Origin: Dehalococcoidia bacterium
Lineage (GTDB): Bacteria > Chloroflexota > Dehalococcoidia > Bin125
Direction of reading: 5' to 3'
Assembly: GCA_963662615.2 (NCBI GenBank)
Contig: CAXXSR010000001.1
Span: 1,472,533 to 1,536,532, forward strand
DNA length: 64,000 nt
Positions 34,257 through 44,348 of this stretch are shown one piece after another; positions within the stretch are counted from its first letter, which is position 1; the number at the start of each line of letters is the position of its first letter. The translations under genes were made by a program, and so were the position numbers. The notes under the pieces were generated by a model. It searched no databases. It saw nothing but the letters and a program-made list of their open reading frames with translations, and was not told the DNA's origin.

Positions 34257-35376
34257 CTACGGCGCGCCCCCGTCGTCCCGCGCCCCGATCTGCGACTTGA
34301 GATACGCCGACACGATTGCGTCCAGATCTCCGTCCAGAAGCCCGTCCGGATCGCTCGACTCGTAGCCGCTGCGCAGGTCCTTCACCATCTTATAGGGCTG
34401 CAGGACGTAGGAGCGGATCTGGTTGCCCCAGCCCGCCTCCACGTGCTCCCCCCGCAGACGGGCTCTCTCCTCCGCCACCCGCGCAACCTCGCGCTGCAGC
34501 AGCCGCGACTCCAGCACGCGCAGCGCGCTCTCCCGGTTGCGGTGTAGCGACCGCTCGTTCTGGCAGGAGACCACAAGGCCGCTGGGGCCATGCGTGATTC
34601 GCACCGCCGTCGCGTTCTTTTGCACGTGCTGCCCGCCGTGACCGCTGGCGTGGAAGACGTCAATGCGCAGATCGTCCGGGTCAATCTCCACCTCCTTTGC
34701 GTCCTCCACCTCCGGCAGCACCTCCACCAGCGCGAACGAGGTGTGGCGGGCGTGGGCCGCGTCGAACGGGGAGATGCGCACCAGCCGGTGCACGCCGGCC
34801 TCGCCGCGCAACCAGCCATACGCGTACGGGCCCTTCACCTCAATCGTGGCGCTCTTGACCCCCGCCTCTTCGCCCCAGCTCTGGTCCACCACGCTGACGT
34901 CGAAGTCGCGCCGCTCCAACCAGCGCAGATACATGCGCTGCAGCATCTCCGCCCAGTCTTGGGACTCGGTCCCGCCCGCGCCCGCATGCAGGTCCAGGAT
35001 GGCATTGCGCGCGTCGTAGGAGCCGGTGAAGGACAGCTCGAACTCCATCTGGCCCAGCGCCGCCTCCATCGCCACGGCCTCCGCCTCCACCTCCGACGCC
35101 ACGGCCGCGTCCTCCTCAGCGGCCGCCAACGCCAGCAGGTCGGCGGCCTCGGTGAGGCGGCGCTCCAGCCCGCGCCAGCTCTCCACCAGCCGCTTGCGAT
35201 CGGCCAGGCGCTGCATCTGCGCCCGCGCGTTCTCGGGCGCATCCCAGAAGGCGGGTGCGCTGGCCTCCCGCTCCAACCGTGCCACCTCCGCTTCTACGGC
35301 GGGAAGGTCAAAGGCGCTCCAGGACGCCGGCCACGCGGCCTTGCAGACCGGCCAGCCGCTCACGAAGCTCCTCCAC
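34257..35376 (-). CDS. prfB: peptide chain release factor 2, with programmed +1 frameshift
   Basis: GGQ motif (SGHGGQHVQKNATAVRITH). A short frame-0 ORF (GTG 35376 after AAGGAGG) ends ...GGAGCGC CTT TGA C at 35313-35307. The main frame then continues as DLPAVEAEVARLE... Confidence 0.9.
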
Positions 35377-35484
35377 CGGGGCCTCCTTCCCGCGCGCGTC
35401 GTTTGCCGACCCGCTCTCGCGCACACCGGCAAGATCGGACCGCGCAATCGCCATAGTGCAGTCTACTGAGCGGCGTGGCGACGC

Positions 35485-36381
35485 CTAGCGTCGCCGATAC
35501 TGCCGCGCCGACCGCACCACGTTGGCCAGCAGCATCGCCACCGTCATGGGGCCCACCCCGCCCGGCACCGGCGTAATGAACGACGCCTTCTCCTGCACCG
35601 CCTCAAAGTCCACGTCACCCACCAGCCGATAGCCCCGCTTCCGTGAGGCATCGTCGACGCGGTTCACGCCCACGTCGATCACTACAACTCCCGCCCGGAC
35701 CATGTCGGTGCTGATCATCTTGGGCCGCCCGGCGGCGGCCACAAGGATATCCGCCTCGCGCGTCACGGCTCCCAGGTCGGGCGTGGCCGTGTGGCAGACC
35801 GTGACGGTCGCGTTTGCGCCGGCGCGCTTCTGCATCAACATTGCCGCCAGCGGCATCCCCACCAGCGTCGATCGGCCCACAACGACGACACGCTTGTGGC
35901 CGGGATCGTTGCCGCTGCGGATGAGCAGCTGCTGCACGCCATGCGGGGTCGCGGGCAGGTAGCGCGGCCGCCCGCGGAGCAGGCGCCCCTGATTTTCCGG
36001 ATGCAACCCGTCCACGTCCTTCAGCGGGTCAATCCGCTCCAGCAGCGACTCCGCATCCACACCGTCTGGCAGCGGCAGTTGCAGGATCATCCCGTCCACA
36101 TCGCGGTCGCCGTTCAAGCGGTCGATCAGCGCCCCGATCTCCTCAGTGATCTGGGCGGGATCACCGCTCCCGGGAAGACGCTGGATGTCGGCCGCAATGC
36201 CGGTCTCCTCGGCGGCGGCGCCTTTGGCCTTGACGTATGACGCCGACGCGGGATCCTCCCCCACCAGGACCACGGCCAGCCGGGGAACGATCCCCTCCCC
36301 CTTGAGCCGCTCCGTCTGCTTTCGCAGCTCCACACGAATGCCGCCGGCCACGGCGCTACCGTCGATGATCTGCGCGGGCAT
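35485..36381 (-). CDS. folD: bifunctional methylenetetrahydrofolate dehydrogenase/cyclohydrolase
   Basis: IIDGSAVA...PRLAVVLVGEDPASASYVKAK...VVVGRSTLVGMPLA...TPVPGGVGPMTVAML. Confidence 0.9.
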   Translation of the reverse strand: MPAQIIDGSAVAGGIRVELRKQTERLKGEGIVPRLAVVLVGEDPASASYVKAKGAAAEETGIAADIQRLPGSGDPAQITEEIGALIDRLNGDRDVDGMILQLPLPDGVDAESLLERIDPLKDVDGLHPENQGRLLRGRPRYLPATPHGVQQLLIRSGNDPGHKRVVVVGRSTLVGMPLAAMLMQKRAGANATVTVCHTATPDLGAVTREADILVAAAGRPKMISTDMVRAGVVVIDVGVNRVDDASRKRGYRLVGDVDFEAVQEKASFITPVPGGVGPMTVAMLLANVVRSARQYRRR

Positions 36382-36466
36382 GAGGGCATCCTAGGCGGCG
36401 CCGACTACAGCCACAATCGCGCCGCCGCTGCGGGACGCCTGGGGCCGCGTGATAGAATCCCCGCCA

Positions 36467-36850
36467 ATGAGCGCCTACGGCACCGGCGTCGATCTGATTG
36501 AAATCGCTCGTATTCGTGCCGTCTTGGAGAGACGCGGCAGCCGTTTCCTCAATCGCATCTATACCCAACGCGAACGGGACTATTGCGGCGGCCGCGTGGC
36601 CGAGCTGGCCGTACGCTTCGCGGCCAAGGAGGCCGTGATGAAGGCGCTGGGCACCGGCATGCGGGGCATCGCCTGGCGCGAGATCGAGATCCTGGCCAAC
36701 GCCCGCGGCAAGCCGGTGGTCCTGCTGCATGGCCGGGCACGGGCGCGCGCCAACCGGACCGGCCTCTGCGACATTGACATCAGCCTGACGCACGCGCGCG
36801 AACTCGCCTGCGCCTTCGTGGTTGGCGGCCCCGGGATCGCAACGGCATGA
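36467..36850 (+). CDS. acpS: holo-ACP synthase
   Basis: GTGVDLIEIARI...RIYTQRERDYC...RFAAKEAVMKALGTG...WREIEI...GKP. Confidence 0.8.
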   Translation: MSAYGTGVDLIEIARIRAVLERRGSRFLNRIYTQRERDYCGGRVAELAVRFAAKEAVMKALGTGMRGIAWREIEILANARGKPVVLLHGRARARANRTGLCDIDISLTHARELACAFVVGGPGIATA

Positions 36851-38568
36851 AGGTCGTGACCAGCCGCCAAATGCGCACTCTGGACGAACGCGCGGCCGAG
36901 GCCGGCGTGCCTCAGGAAACCCTGATGGAGAACGCCGGGCTGGCAGTGGCGCAGGAGGCCTGGATGCAGCTCGGCCAGTTGCAGGGGCAGCGCATCCTGG
37001 TCCTGGTGGGGCCCGGCAACAACGGCGGCGACGGGCTCGTGGCCGCCCGCCACCTGGCCGAGTGGGGCGCCGGCGTCGATTGCTACGCGCTGACTCCGCG
37101 CGACGACTCGCAATGGCGGCAGACCCTGGAGGCGGGCGTTCCCTGCCGCTCGGTCGCCGCCGACCCGCAATTCGCCGTCCTAGACGACCTCCTCGCCGGC
37201 GCCGCGCTCGTTGTCGAGGCGCTGCTGGGCACGGGCCGCGCCCGCCCCATTGCCGGCGACTTGGCCGAGATCCTCAAGCGCCTGGGCAGGCGCCGCAGCG
37301 TCGCGCCCCGTCCCAAGCTGGTCGCGGTCGACCTTCCCACCGGCCTTGACGCCGACAACGGCGGCGTCGACCCCCTGCTCGTCGCTCCGGATGAGACGGT
37401 CACCTTCCAGTTCCCGAAGGTGGGCCTCTACACGCAACCGGGCACCGGAGTGGCCGGGCGCGTGCAGACGGTGGACATTGGCATCCCCGCCGGCCTGGAC
37501 CACGACATGCGAGTGGAGCTGCTGGACCGGCGCCAGGCCAAGGAGTTGCTGCCCGCCAGGCCGGCCGGGGCGAACAAGGGCACGTTCGGCAAGCTGCTGG
37601 TGATCGCCGGCTCCTTGCGCTATCCCGGAGCCGCCGTCCTGGCCGCTTCCGCCGCCTACAAAGCGGGCGCCGGGCTCGTCACGCTCGCCGCCCCCGCCTC
37701 GGTCGCTCCCGCTCTCGTCGCCGCCATGCCGGAGGTCACCCACCTGCCGTTACCCGACGGCAATACGCCCGGTACCCTCGACGCCGGCGCCGTCGCGGTA
37801 CTCAGCACGCCACTCGGCAGTTATGACGCCTTGGTCGTTGGCTGCGGACTGGGCAGCGCGCCGGCCACGACCGCCTTCATCCGCCAGCTGCTCCGCAACG
37901 ATGCCCTCGCCGGCCTGCACGGAATCGTGATCGACGCAGATGGCCTCAACGCCCTCGCCGGCAGCGACTGGCACGCACATCTTTCCGCGCCGTTCGTGCT
38001 GACCCCCCATCCCGGCGAGATGGCGCGCCTAGTCGACCTCGACGTTGCCGCGGTGCAGAGCGATCGCCTGGCCCTGGCGCAGGCGCGCGCGACGGCGTGG
38101 GGCGGCACGGTCGTCCTGAAGGGGGCCAACACGGTGGTGGCCGCCCCCGACGGCCGCGCCCGGCTCAGCCCGGTCGCCACGGCGGCGCTGGCGACCGCCG
38201 GCACCGGCGACGTCCTGGCGGGGGCCATCGGCGCGCTGGTGGCGCAGGGCCTGGCCCCGTTCGAGGCGGCCTGCCTGGCCGTCTACCTCCACGGCGACGC
38301 CGGGGAACGTGCGGCCAAGGCCGTCGGCGCCGCCGGGACCACCGCCGGCGACGTGCTCACCCACCTGGCGCTGGCGGGTCGGGCCCTCGCTGGAGAGGAG
38401 CCCCTGGAAGGCATCGGTTTCGCGGCCGGCCTGCGCGCGAGACTGGGACGGCAGCCCGGTGGCGATGCCCTCGCGGACAGCCCCACGAATCCGCACGGCG
38501 CCGGCGATCCGCTCGCCGACGCCCTGGCGGATTCGCCGGGGCGGGCCGGCGGCGCCCGGCTCCAGTGA
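36847..38568 (+). CDS. nnr: bifunctional NAD(P)H-hydrate repair enzyme (epimerase/dehydratase)
   Basis: VLVGPGNNGGDGLVAAR in the N-domain. ...KGTFGKLLVIAGS...LTPHPGEMARL...GTGDVLAG in the C-domain. ATGA overlap with acpS. Confidence 0.85.
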   Translation: MKVVTSRQMRTLDERAAEAGVPQETLMENAGLAVAQEAWMQLGQLQGQRILVLVGPGNNGGDGLVAARHLAEWGAGVDCYALTPRDDSQWRQTLEAGVPCRSVAADPQFAVLDDLLAGAALVVEALLGTGRARPIAGDLAEILKRLGRRRSVAPRPKLVAVDLPTGLDADNGGVDPLLVAPDETVTFQFPKVGLYTQPGTGVAGRVQTVDIGIPAGLDHDMRVELLDRRQAKELLPARPAGANKGTFGKLLVIAGSLRYPGAAVLAASAAYKAGAGLVTLAAPASVAPALVAAMPEVTHLPLPDGNTPGTLDAGAVAVLSTPLGSYDALVVGCGLGSAPATTAFIRQLLRNDALAGLHGIVIDADGLNALAGSDWHAHLSAPFVLTPHPGEMARLVDLDVAAVQSDRLALAQARATAWGGTVVLKGANTVVAAPDGRARLSPVATAALATAGTGDVLAGAIGALVAQGLAPFEAACLAVYLHGDAGERAAKAVGAAGTTAGDVLTHLALAGRALAGEEPLEGIGFAAGLRARLGRQPGGDALADSPTNPHGAGDPLADALADSPGRAGGARLQ

Positions 38569-38620
38569 GGGCAACGACGACAGCTATACTCGCCACAGCG
38601 CGGCCGGGGATCAGAGACGG

Positions 38621-39874
38621 ATGAGCAAGACCGACGGCGATCGCGTAGTTGTGACCGGCATGGGAGCGGTCACCCCCCTGGGGCTGACCGTTGCCGACTT
38701 CTGGGACGGCCTGCTCGAGGGACGCAGCGGCATCGGTCCGATCACGCTGTTCGACCCCTCGCATCTCCGCGTGCGGATCGCCGGCGAGGCGCCCGGCTTC
38801 GACGCTGCGCAGTACGTGGGCCGCAAGCAAGCGCGCCGCATGGACCGCTTCAGCCAGTTCGCCGTCGTGGCGGCCATGGAAGCGGTCGCCGACGCCGAAC
38901 TCATCATCACCGACCAGAACTCGCATCGGACCGGCGTCATGATCGGTTCCGGCATCGGCGGCATCACGACCTTGAACCAGCAGTTTGAGGTGATGCACCG
39001 GCGCGGCCCGGACCGCTTGAGCCCGTTCGTCGTGCCCATGCTGCTGCCCAATATGGCCAGCGGGCACGTCAGCATCGCGCTGCAGGCCCGCGGGCCCAAC
39101 GTGGCGCCTACCTCGGCCTGCTCCAGCGCCGGCGATGCGATCGGCCTGGCGGCGGCGCTGCTGCGCACCGGCGAAGCGGACGTGATGATCGCCGGCGGCA
39201 GCGAAGCCCCTGTGGCCGAGATGTCAGTCGCCGGCTTCCACGCCGCGCGCGCCCTCTCGACGCACAATGACGAGCCGGAGAAGGCCTCCCGCCCCTTCGA
39301 CTTGCAGCGCGACGGCTTCGTCATGGGCGAAGGTGGCGGCGTCCTCATTCTGGAGCGCGCCGACCACGCCCTGCGACGCGACGTCCCCGTCCTGGCGGAG
39401 GTGGTGGGCTACGCCAGCAGGGCGGATGCCTATCACGTCACCCAACCCAGCGAGGACGGCGAGGGCGCCGCCCGCGCCATGGCCGCCGCCGTTGAACAAG
39501 CGCGGATCGACCTCAGCGAAGTGGACTACATCAACGCGCACGGCACCTCCACCGCCATCAACGACCGCGTGGAGACCGTGGCCATCAAGCGCGTCTTTGG
39601 CGAGGCGGCCTACGACATCGCCATCTCCTCCACGAAGTCCATGACGGGCCACCTGATGGGCGCTGCCGGAGGGATTGAGGCGGTGGCCTGCATCCGCGCC
39701 ATCAACGAAGGGATCATTCCTCCCACCATCAACCTGGCCTCGCCCGATCCGGCCTGCGACTTGGACTACGTGCCCAATCGCCCGCGCCGCCGCGACGTGC
39801 GCGTTGCGCTCAGCAACTGTCTGGGCTTCGGCGGCCACAACGTCTGCCTGGCGTTCAAACAGTGGGAGCCCTAG
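38621..39874 (+). CDS. fabF: 3-oxoacyl-ACP synthase II
   Basis: RVVVTGMGAVTPLG..., PTSACSSAGDAIG..., NAHGTSTAIND..., KSMTGHLMGAAG..., FGGHN. Confidence 0.9.
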   Translation: MSKTDGDRVVVTGMGAVTPLGLTVADFWDGLLEGRSGIGPITLFDPSHLRVRIAGEAPGFDAAQYVGRKQARRMDRFSQFAVVAAMEAVADAELIITDQNSHRTGVMIGSGIGGITTLNQQFEVMHRRGPDRLSPFVVPMLLPNMASGHVSIALQARGPNVAPTSACSSAGDAIGLAAALLRTGEADVMIAGGSEAPVAEMSVAGFHAARALSTHNDEPEKASRPFDLQRDGFVMGEGGGVLILERADHALRRDVPVLAEVVGYASRADAYHVTQPSEDGEGAARAMAAAVEQARIDLSEVDYINAHGTSTAINDRVETVAIKRVFGEAAYDIAISSTKSMTGHLMGAAGGIEAVACIRAINEGIIPPTINLASPDPACDLDYVPNRPRRRDVRVALSNCLGFGGHNVCLAFKQWEP

Positions 39875-39880
39875 ACCGGG

Positions 39881-41590
39881 GTGCCGCGTCTCCGCTCTGA
39901 CGGGTTCCTGGGGCGGGTCTGGGTCATTGCAGAGCCGAACGAGCTGCGGCCCATCCCCGGCACGCCCTACCCGGACTTCGTGACCAAGCTCCTTCACCGC
40001 CGCGGCACGCGCGACGCCGCGGCCGCGGCGGTGTATCTCTTCGACGCCCCGCCCCCGCGGCCGGATCCGCTCTTGCTCCCCAACGCGGCCGCTGCCCTGG
40101 ACCGCATTGAGGCGGCCGTCAAGGGAGAGGAAACCATCGCCGTGTACGGCGACTTCGACGTGGACGGCGTGACGGCGGCGGCGATCCTGACGGAGGCGAT
40201 CCGCAGCGTGGGCGGGCGGGTGATCCCCTACATCCCAGACCGCTTCCGTGAGGGCTACGGCGTCCACAAGGCCGCGCTCGACCGGCTGCGGCGTGAGCAT
40301 GGGGCGCGCCTGGTCATCACCGCCGACTGCGGGATTACCGCCGTTAAGGAGGTGCGGTACGCACGCGAGCTGGGTCAGGACGTCATCATCCTGGACCACC
40401 ACAGCGTCCCCGACCGCCTGCCGGAGGCGCACGCGATCATCAACCCCCAGCTCCCCTCCTCTCCCTACCCGTTCTCGGAACTTTCCAGTGGTGGCATCGC
40501 CTACCGCCTGGCCCCCGCGATCCTCGATCGCTTCGGTCGCGCGGCGGACCCGGAGCAGTGGCTCGACCTCGCCGCCCTGAGCACGGTCGCGGACGTGGTG
40601 CCGTTGCGGGGCGAGAACCGCTGGATCGTCCGCGAGGGACTCCAGGCGATCCGCCGCACGGAACGTCCGGGCCTGCGGGCGCTGCTGGACGTCGCCGGGC
40701 TTGGGGACGCGGAGCTGGACGCGGACAGCATTGGCTTCGCCCTCGCGCCCCGCATCAACGCCGCCGGCCGACTGGACCACGCGCTGCGGGCGCTGGGCCT
40801 GCTCATTGAGACGGAGCCGGAGCGGGCCCAAGAGCAAGCCCTGGAGCTGGACCAGCTCAACGTCCGCCGCCGCCAGATGACCCTGGACGCCATGAACCTG
40901 GCGGAGGCGAAGCTGAGCCAGGAAGAGCCGGACGCTCCACTGACCTTCCTCGGTGACGCGGCTATCCCCAGCGGCATCCTGGGCCTGGTGGCCGGTCGCT
41001 TAGCGGAGCGGCGGCACCGGCCGGCCATCGTCTACCAGGAGGGATCGCCGTCATCGCAGGCCTCCTGCCGGTCCATTCGCGAATTCAACGTGGCGGCGGC
41101 GCTGCGCAGCTGCTCCGACCTTCTGCTCAGGCATGGCGGCCACGCCATGGCCGCCGGGTTCACGGCGCACACGGCGGACCTCCCTGCGCTCAAAGCGCGG
41201 CTCGTTGCTCTCGCAGCCGAGCAGCTTGACGGCGTCAGCTTGAGCCCGCGCATCGACGTGGACGCGCAGACCCCGCTTGACCGCCTGCAGGCGACGCAAG
41301 TGAGCTGGCTCGATCGGCTGGCGCCGTTCGGCGCGGGCAATCCGGCCCCAACCTTCCTCAGCACCAACGTCACCGTCCTGGAGAGCCGCCGCGTCGGGGC
41401 CGACCAATCGCACCTGCGGCTCACACTCCGCGCCGGTGAGCGCACCTGGCCCGCGATCGGCTTCGGTCTGGGCGAGGCGCCCTGTGCGCGCGGCGACCAC
41501 GTCGATCTGGTCTGGCGCCTCAAGCGCGACGGCCTGCGCGGCACCATGGAGCTGGAGGTGCAGGACCTCGCCCCAACGCGCGCCGGCTGA
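39881..41590 (+). CDS. recJ: single-stranded-DNA-specific exonuclease RecJ
   Basis: IAVYGDFDVDGVTAAAIL, VITADCGI, IILDHH, ...GGHAMAAG. Confidence 0.85.
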   Translation: MPRLRSDGFLGRVWVIAEPNELRPIPGTPYPDFVTKLLHRRGTRDAAAAAVYLFDAPPPRPDPLLLPNAAAALDRIEAAVKGEETIAVYGDFDVDGVTAAAILTEAIRSVGGRVIPYIPDRFREGYGVHKAALDRLRREHGARLVITADCGITAVKEVRYARELGQDVIILDHHSVPDRLPEAHAIINPQLPSSPYPFSELSSGGIAYRLAPAILDRFGRAADPEQWLDLAALSTVADVVPLRGENRWIVREGLQAIRRTERPGLRALLDVAGLGDAELDADSIGFALAPRINAAGRLDHALRALGLLIETEPERAQEQALELDQLNVRRRQMTLDAMNLAEAKLSQEEPDAPLTFLGDAAIPSGILGLVAGRLAERRHRPAIVYQEGSPSSQASCRSIREFNVAAALRSCSDLLLRHGGHAMAAGFTAHTADLPALKARLVALAAEQLDGVSLSPRIDVDAQTPLDRLQATQVSWLDRLAPFGAGNPAPTFLSTNVTVLESRRVGADQSHLRLTLRAGERTWPAIGFGLGEAPCARGDHVDLVWRLKRDGLRGTMELEVQDLAPTRAG

Positions 41591-41726
41591 ACCGCCCCCA
41601 GCCTCCCACCCCGCACCGCTTCGCCCTCTCGGCGCAGCCGCCCGCGGGCGCGTCCGCTCGCTTCGCTGTCGCGCCTGCAACCGTTTCGTCTACACTGGCG
41701 CCGCAAATCCCCGGGAGGACAGTGGC

Positions 41727-43805
41727 ATGGCCAGCGTGGAAACCGCGCAGATCCGCAATGTGGTCCTGATGTCCCATGGCGGTGCCGGCAAGACCTCGCT
41801 CGTGGAGGTGCTGGCCTTCGGCGCCGGCGCCATCTCGCGCAAGGGCAGCGTGGAAGACGGCAACACGGTGGCGGATTTCGACCCCGAAGAGCGCCAGCGC
41901 GGCATGAGCATCAGCACCGCTGTGGTCTCCTTCGACTATCAGGGCACGCGCCTCAATCTCATCGACACGCCCGGCTACGCCGACTTCATTGGCGAGCTGC
42001 TCTCGGGGGTGAGCGCCGCCGACAGCGCGCTGATCCTCATTGATGCCGCGGCCGGCGTGCAGGTGGGCTCGGAGACGGCCTGGCGTGTCGCCACGGAGCG
42101 CAGCATGCCGCGGGCCCTGGCGGTGAACCGCCTGGATCGCGAGAACGTGGACTGGGAGCGGCTGCTGAGCGGGATCCAGGAGACCCTGGGCCGGCAGTGC
42201 CAGCCCCTGCAGCTGCCCATTGGCATTGAGCACGAATTCGAGGGCGTGGTCGACGTGCTGGCCGAGACGGCCTATCGCGGCGACGGCACGGACTCCTCCG
42301 CCGTTCCCCCCGAGATGGCGGACGCCGTAGCGGCCGCGCGCGACGCCCTCATTGAGCGCATCGCTGAGGCCAACGATGATCTCACGCTCAAGTTTCTGGA
42401 AGGCGAGGAGCTGACGCCGGAGGAACTCAGCAGCGGCCTCAAGCGGGCGATCATCGCCGGGACGCTGGTCCCTATCGTCTGCGCCGCTGCAACCAAGCCG
42501 ATCGGCACCCTGCCGCTGCTGCGGTTCATCGCCGAGCAGCTCCCCAGCCCCCTCGACGTGCGGCCGCTGACCGCCATCGTCGCCGGCGAGCAGAAGGAAC
42601 TCCCCGTCGACCCTTCCGGCCCTCCCACGGCCATGATCTTCAAGACCACCGCCGACGAATTTGTGGGCCGGCTCAGCTATCTGCGCACCTCCAGCGGCAC
42701 CATCAAGGCGGACATGCACCTCCACAACGTGCAGAAGAACAAAGACGAGCGGCTGGCCAACCTGTCCCATGTCTTCGGCAAGGAGCTGCGGCCCGTGGGC
42801 GACCTGGCGCCGGGTGACATTGGCGCGGTCACCAAGCTCGCCGCCTCCAGGACGTTTGATACCCTCTGCGACAAGGCGAACCCCGTCGTCGTGCCCCCGC
42901 CGGCCCTCCCCCTTCCCGTCTTCTCCGCCGCCATCACTCCCAAGACCAAAACCGACGTGGACAAGCTGGGCCCCGCCCTGCAGCGGTTGGTGGAAGAAGA
43001 TCTCACCCTGAAGATCGAGCGCGACGCCGACAGCGGCGCCATGATCTTGAGCGGGCTGGGGGAATCGCACGTGGACCTGGCGGCGGAGCGGCTGCGGCGG
43101 AAATTCAAGGTGGAGGTGGACATCCACGACCGTCGCGTGCCCTACCGCGAGACGATCACCGCCACGGCGCGGGCCGAGTACCTGCACAAGAAGCAGAGCG
43201 GCGGCCACGGCCAGTACGCGCGCGTCGCCATACGGGTGGAGCCCATGAACCGGGGCGACGGCGTCGCCTTCGCCAGCGAGGTTTCCGGCGGCAACGTCCC
43301 CCGACAATACATTCCCGCCGTGGAGAAAGGCGTGCACGAGTCGTTGCCGGAAGGGGTGATGGCCCGCTACCCCGTCACCGATATCCGCGTGGTCCTCATC
43401 GATGGCAAGCACCACGACGTGGACTCCAGTGAGATGGCCTTCAGACTCGCCGCCACGCAGGCCCTCCGAGAAGCGACGCAGAAGGCCCGGCCCATTCTCC
43501 TGGAACCGATCATGAGCTATCGCATCACCATCCCCGAAACCGTCACCGGCGACGTGATCAGCGACCTCAACAGCCGCCGCGCCCGCGTCCTGGGCATGGA
43601 GCCGGCGGCGGGCCACCTGGGCGCCACGACCGTCAGCGCGGAGGGGCCCATGGCGGAGTTCCTCCACTACGCCACGGACCTCCGCTCCATCAGCGCCGGT
43701 CGGGGCACATTCAGCTTTGAATTCACGCGCTACGACCCCGTGCCGGCCCATGTGGCACAGAAGGTGGTGGAGAAGGCCAAGGCCGCGGCGGAAGCGACGG
43801 GCTAG
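41727..43805 (+). CDS. elongation factor G paralog (EF-G2-like GTPase)
   Basis: IRNVVLMSHGGAGKTSL..., LIDTPGYADF..., NRLDRE, and EF-G domain IV/V-like C-terminal regions. GGGAGGA RBS. The true start lies inside ORF 41436..43805. Confidence 0.8.
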   Translation: MASVETAQIRNVVLMSHGGAGKTSLVEVLAFGAGAISRKGSVEDGNTVADFDPEERQRGMSISTAVVSFDYQGTRLNLIDTPGYADFIGELLSGVSAADSALILIDAAAGVQVGSETAWRVATERSMPRALAVNRLDRENVDWERLLSGIQETLGRQCQPLQLPIGIEHEFEGVVDVLAETAYRGDGTDSSAVPPEMADAVAAARDALIERIAEANDDLTLKFLEGEELTPEELSSGLKRAIIAGTLVPIVCAAATKPIGTLPLLRFIAEQLPSPLDVRPLTAIVAGEQKELPVDPSGPPTAMIFKTTADEFVGRLSYLRTSSGTIKADMHLHNVQKNKDERLANLSHVFGKELRPVGDLAPGDIGAVTKLAASRTFDTLCDKANPVVVPPPALPLPVFSAAITPKTKTDVDKLGPALQRLVEEDLTLKIERDADSGAMILSGLGESHVDLAAERLRRKFKVEVDIHDRRVPYRETITATARAEYLHKKQSGGHGQYARVAIRVEPMNRGDGVAFASEVSGGNVPRQYIPAVEKGVHESLPEGVMARYPVTDIRVVLIDGKHHDVDSSEMAFRLAATQALREATQKARPILLEPIMSYRITIPETVTGDVISDLNSRRARVLGMEPAAGHLGATTVSAEGPMAEFLHYATDLRSISAGRGTFSFEFTRYDPVPAHVAQKVVEKAKAAAEATG

Positions 43806-43880
43806 GGGCCCGCCGGCCCATGTTCCCCCTCACCTCTGCCGTCGCCACCGGCGCACAGGCGAGCGATGCCCGCCGGCGTC

Positions 43881-44150
43881 CTACTCGGCCCTCGTAAAGT
43901 GGAGCCAGGCCCCCTCGGTCCAGCCTCCCTGCAAGCCGACGGAGCTCGCCACCGGCACGATGCTCGCGAGTCGCAGCCCCTGACTCGCCATCTCGTCGCA
44001 CGCCTCGTTCATCTCTTGCGCCAGCCGCTCGCGCCACTCTCGTTCGGGCTCGTGTCGGACGCCGCCGAAGAAGCGTCGGAAATGACGGGACCGCCGGCCC
44101 GTGCCGACCCAGATCACCCGGTCTACCGGCCCTGCTTCGGTTGCCGCCAT
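43881..44150 (-). CDS. small hypothetical protein (89 aa)
   Basis: GC3-rich frame; ...MASQGLRLASIVPVASSVGLQGGWTEGAWLHFTR. Function not recognised with confidence. Confidence 0.45.
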   Translation of the reverse strand: MAATEAGPVDRVIWVGTGRRSRHFRRFFGGVRHEPEREWRERLAQEMNEACDEMASQGLRLASIVPVASSVGLQGGWTEGAWLHFTRAE

Positions 44151-44348
44151 CTCTCCCTCTTCTCCGTAGGTTGGGGCTCCGCGGACGCCGCGTCAGAGGG
44201 CGACCCGCGCCACGGACGCGATAATGACTGACGGGAGTCGCCGCGGCGCTGGCCTACACTGTCGCTGGCGGCGATGCGCTGCGCCAGGATCGTGCCGCGG
44301 CGCAGGCGTGACGCCGCGCCCGCGCTCTCTAGGAGATCACAGGGCGAT

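Noticed and set aside
41727-43805. EF-G paralog as a Tet(M)/Tet(O)-type ribosomal protection (resistance) gene
   Set aside because: Nothing in the context (recJ, housekeeping genes, no mobile element) suggests resistance. The N-terminal G-domain pattern resembles the EF-G2-type paralogs common in many bacteria. The two cannot be distinguished without a phylogeny, so no resistance claim is made.
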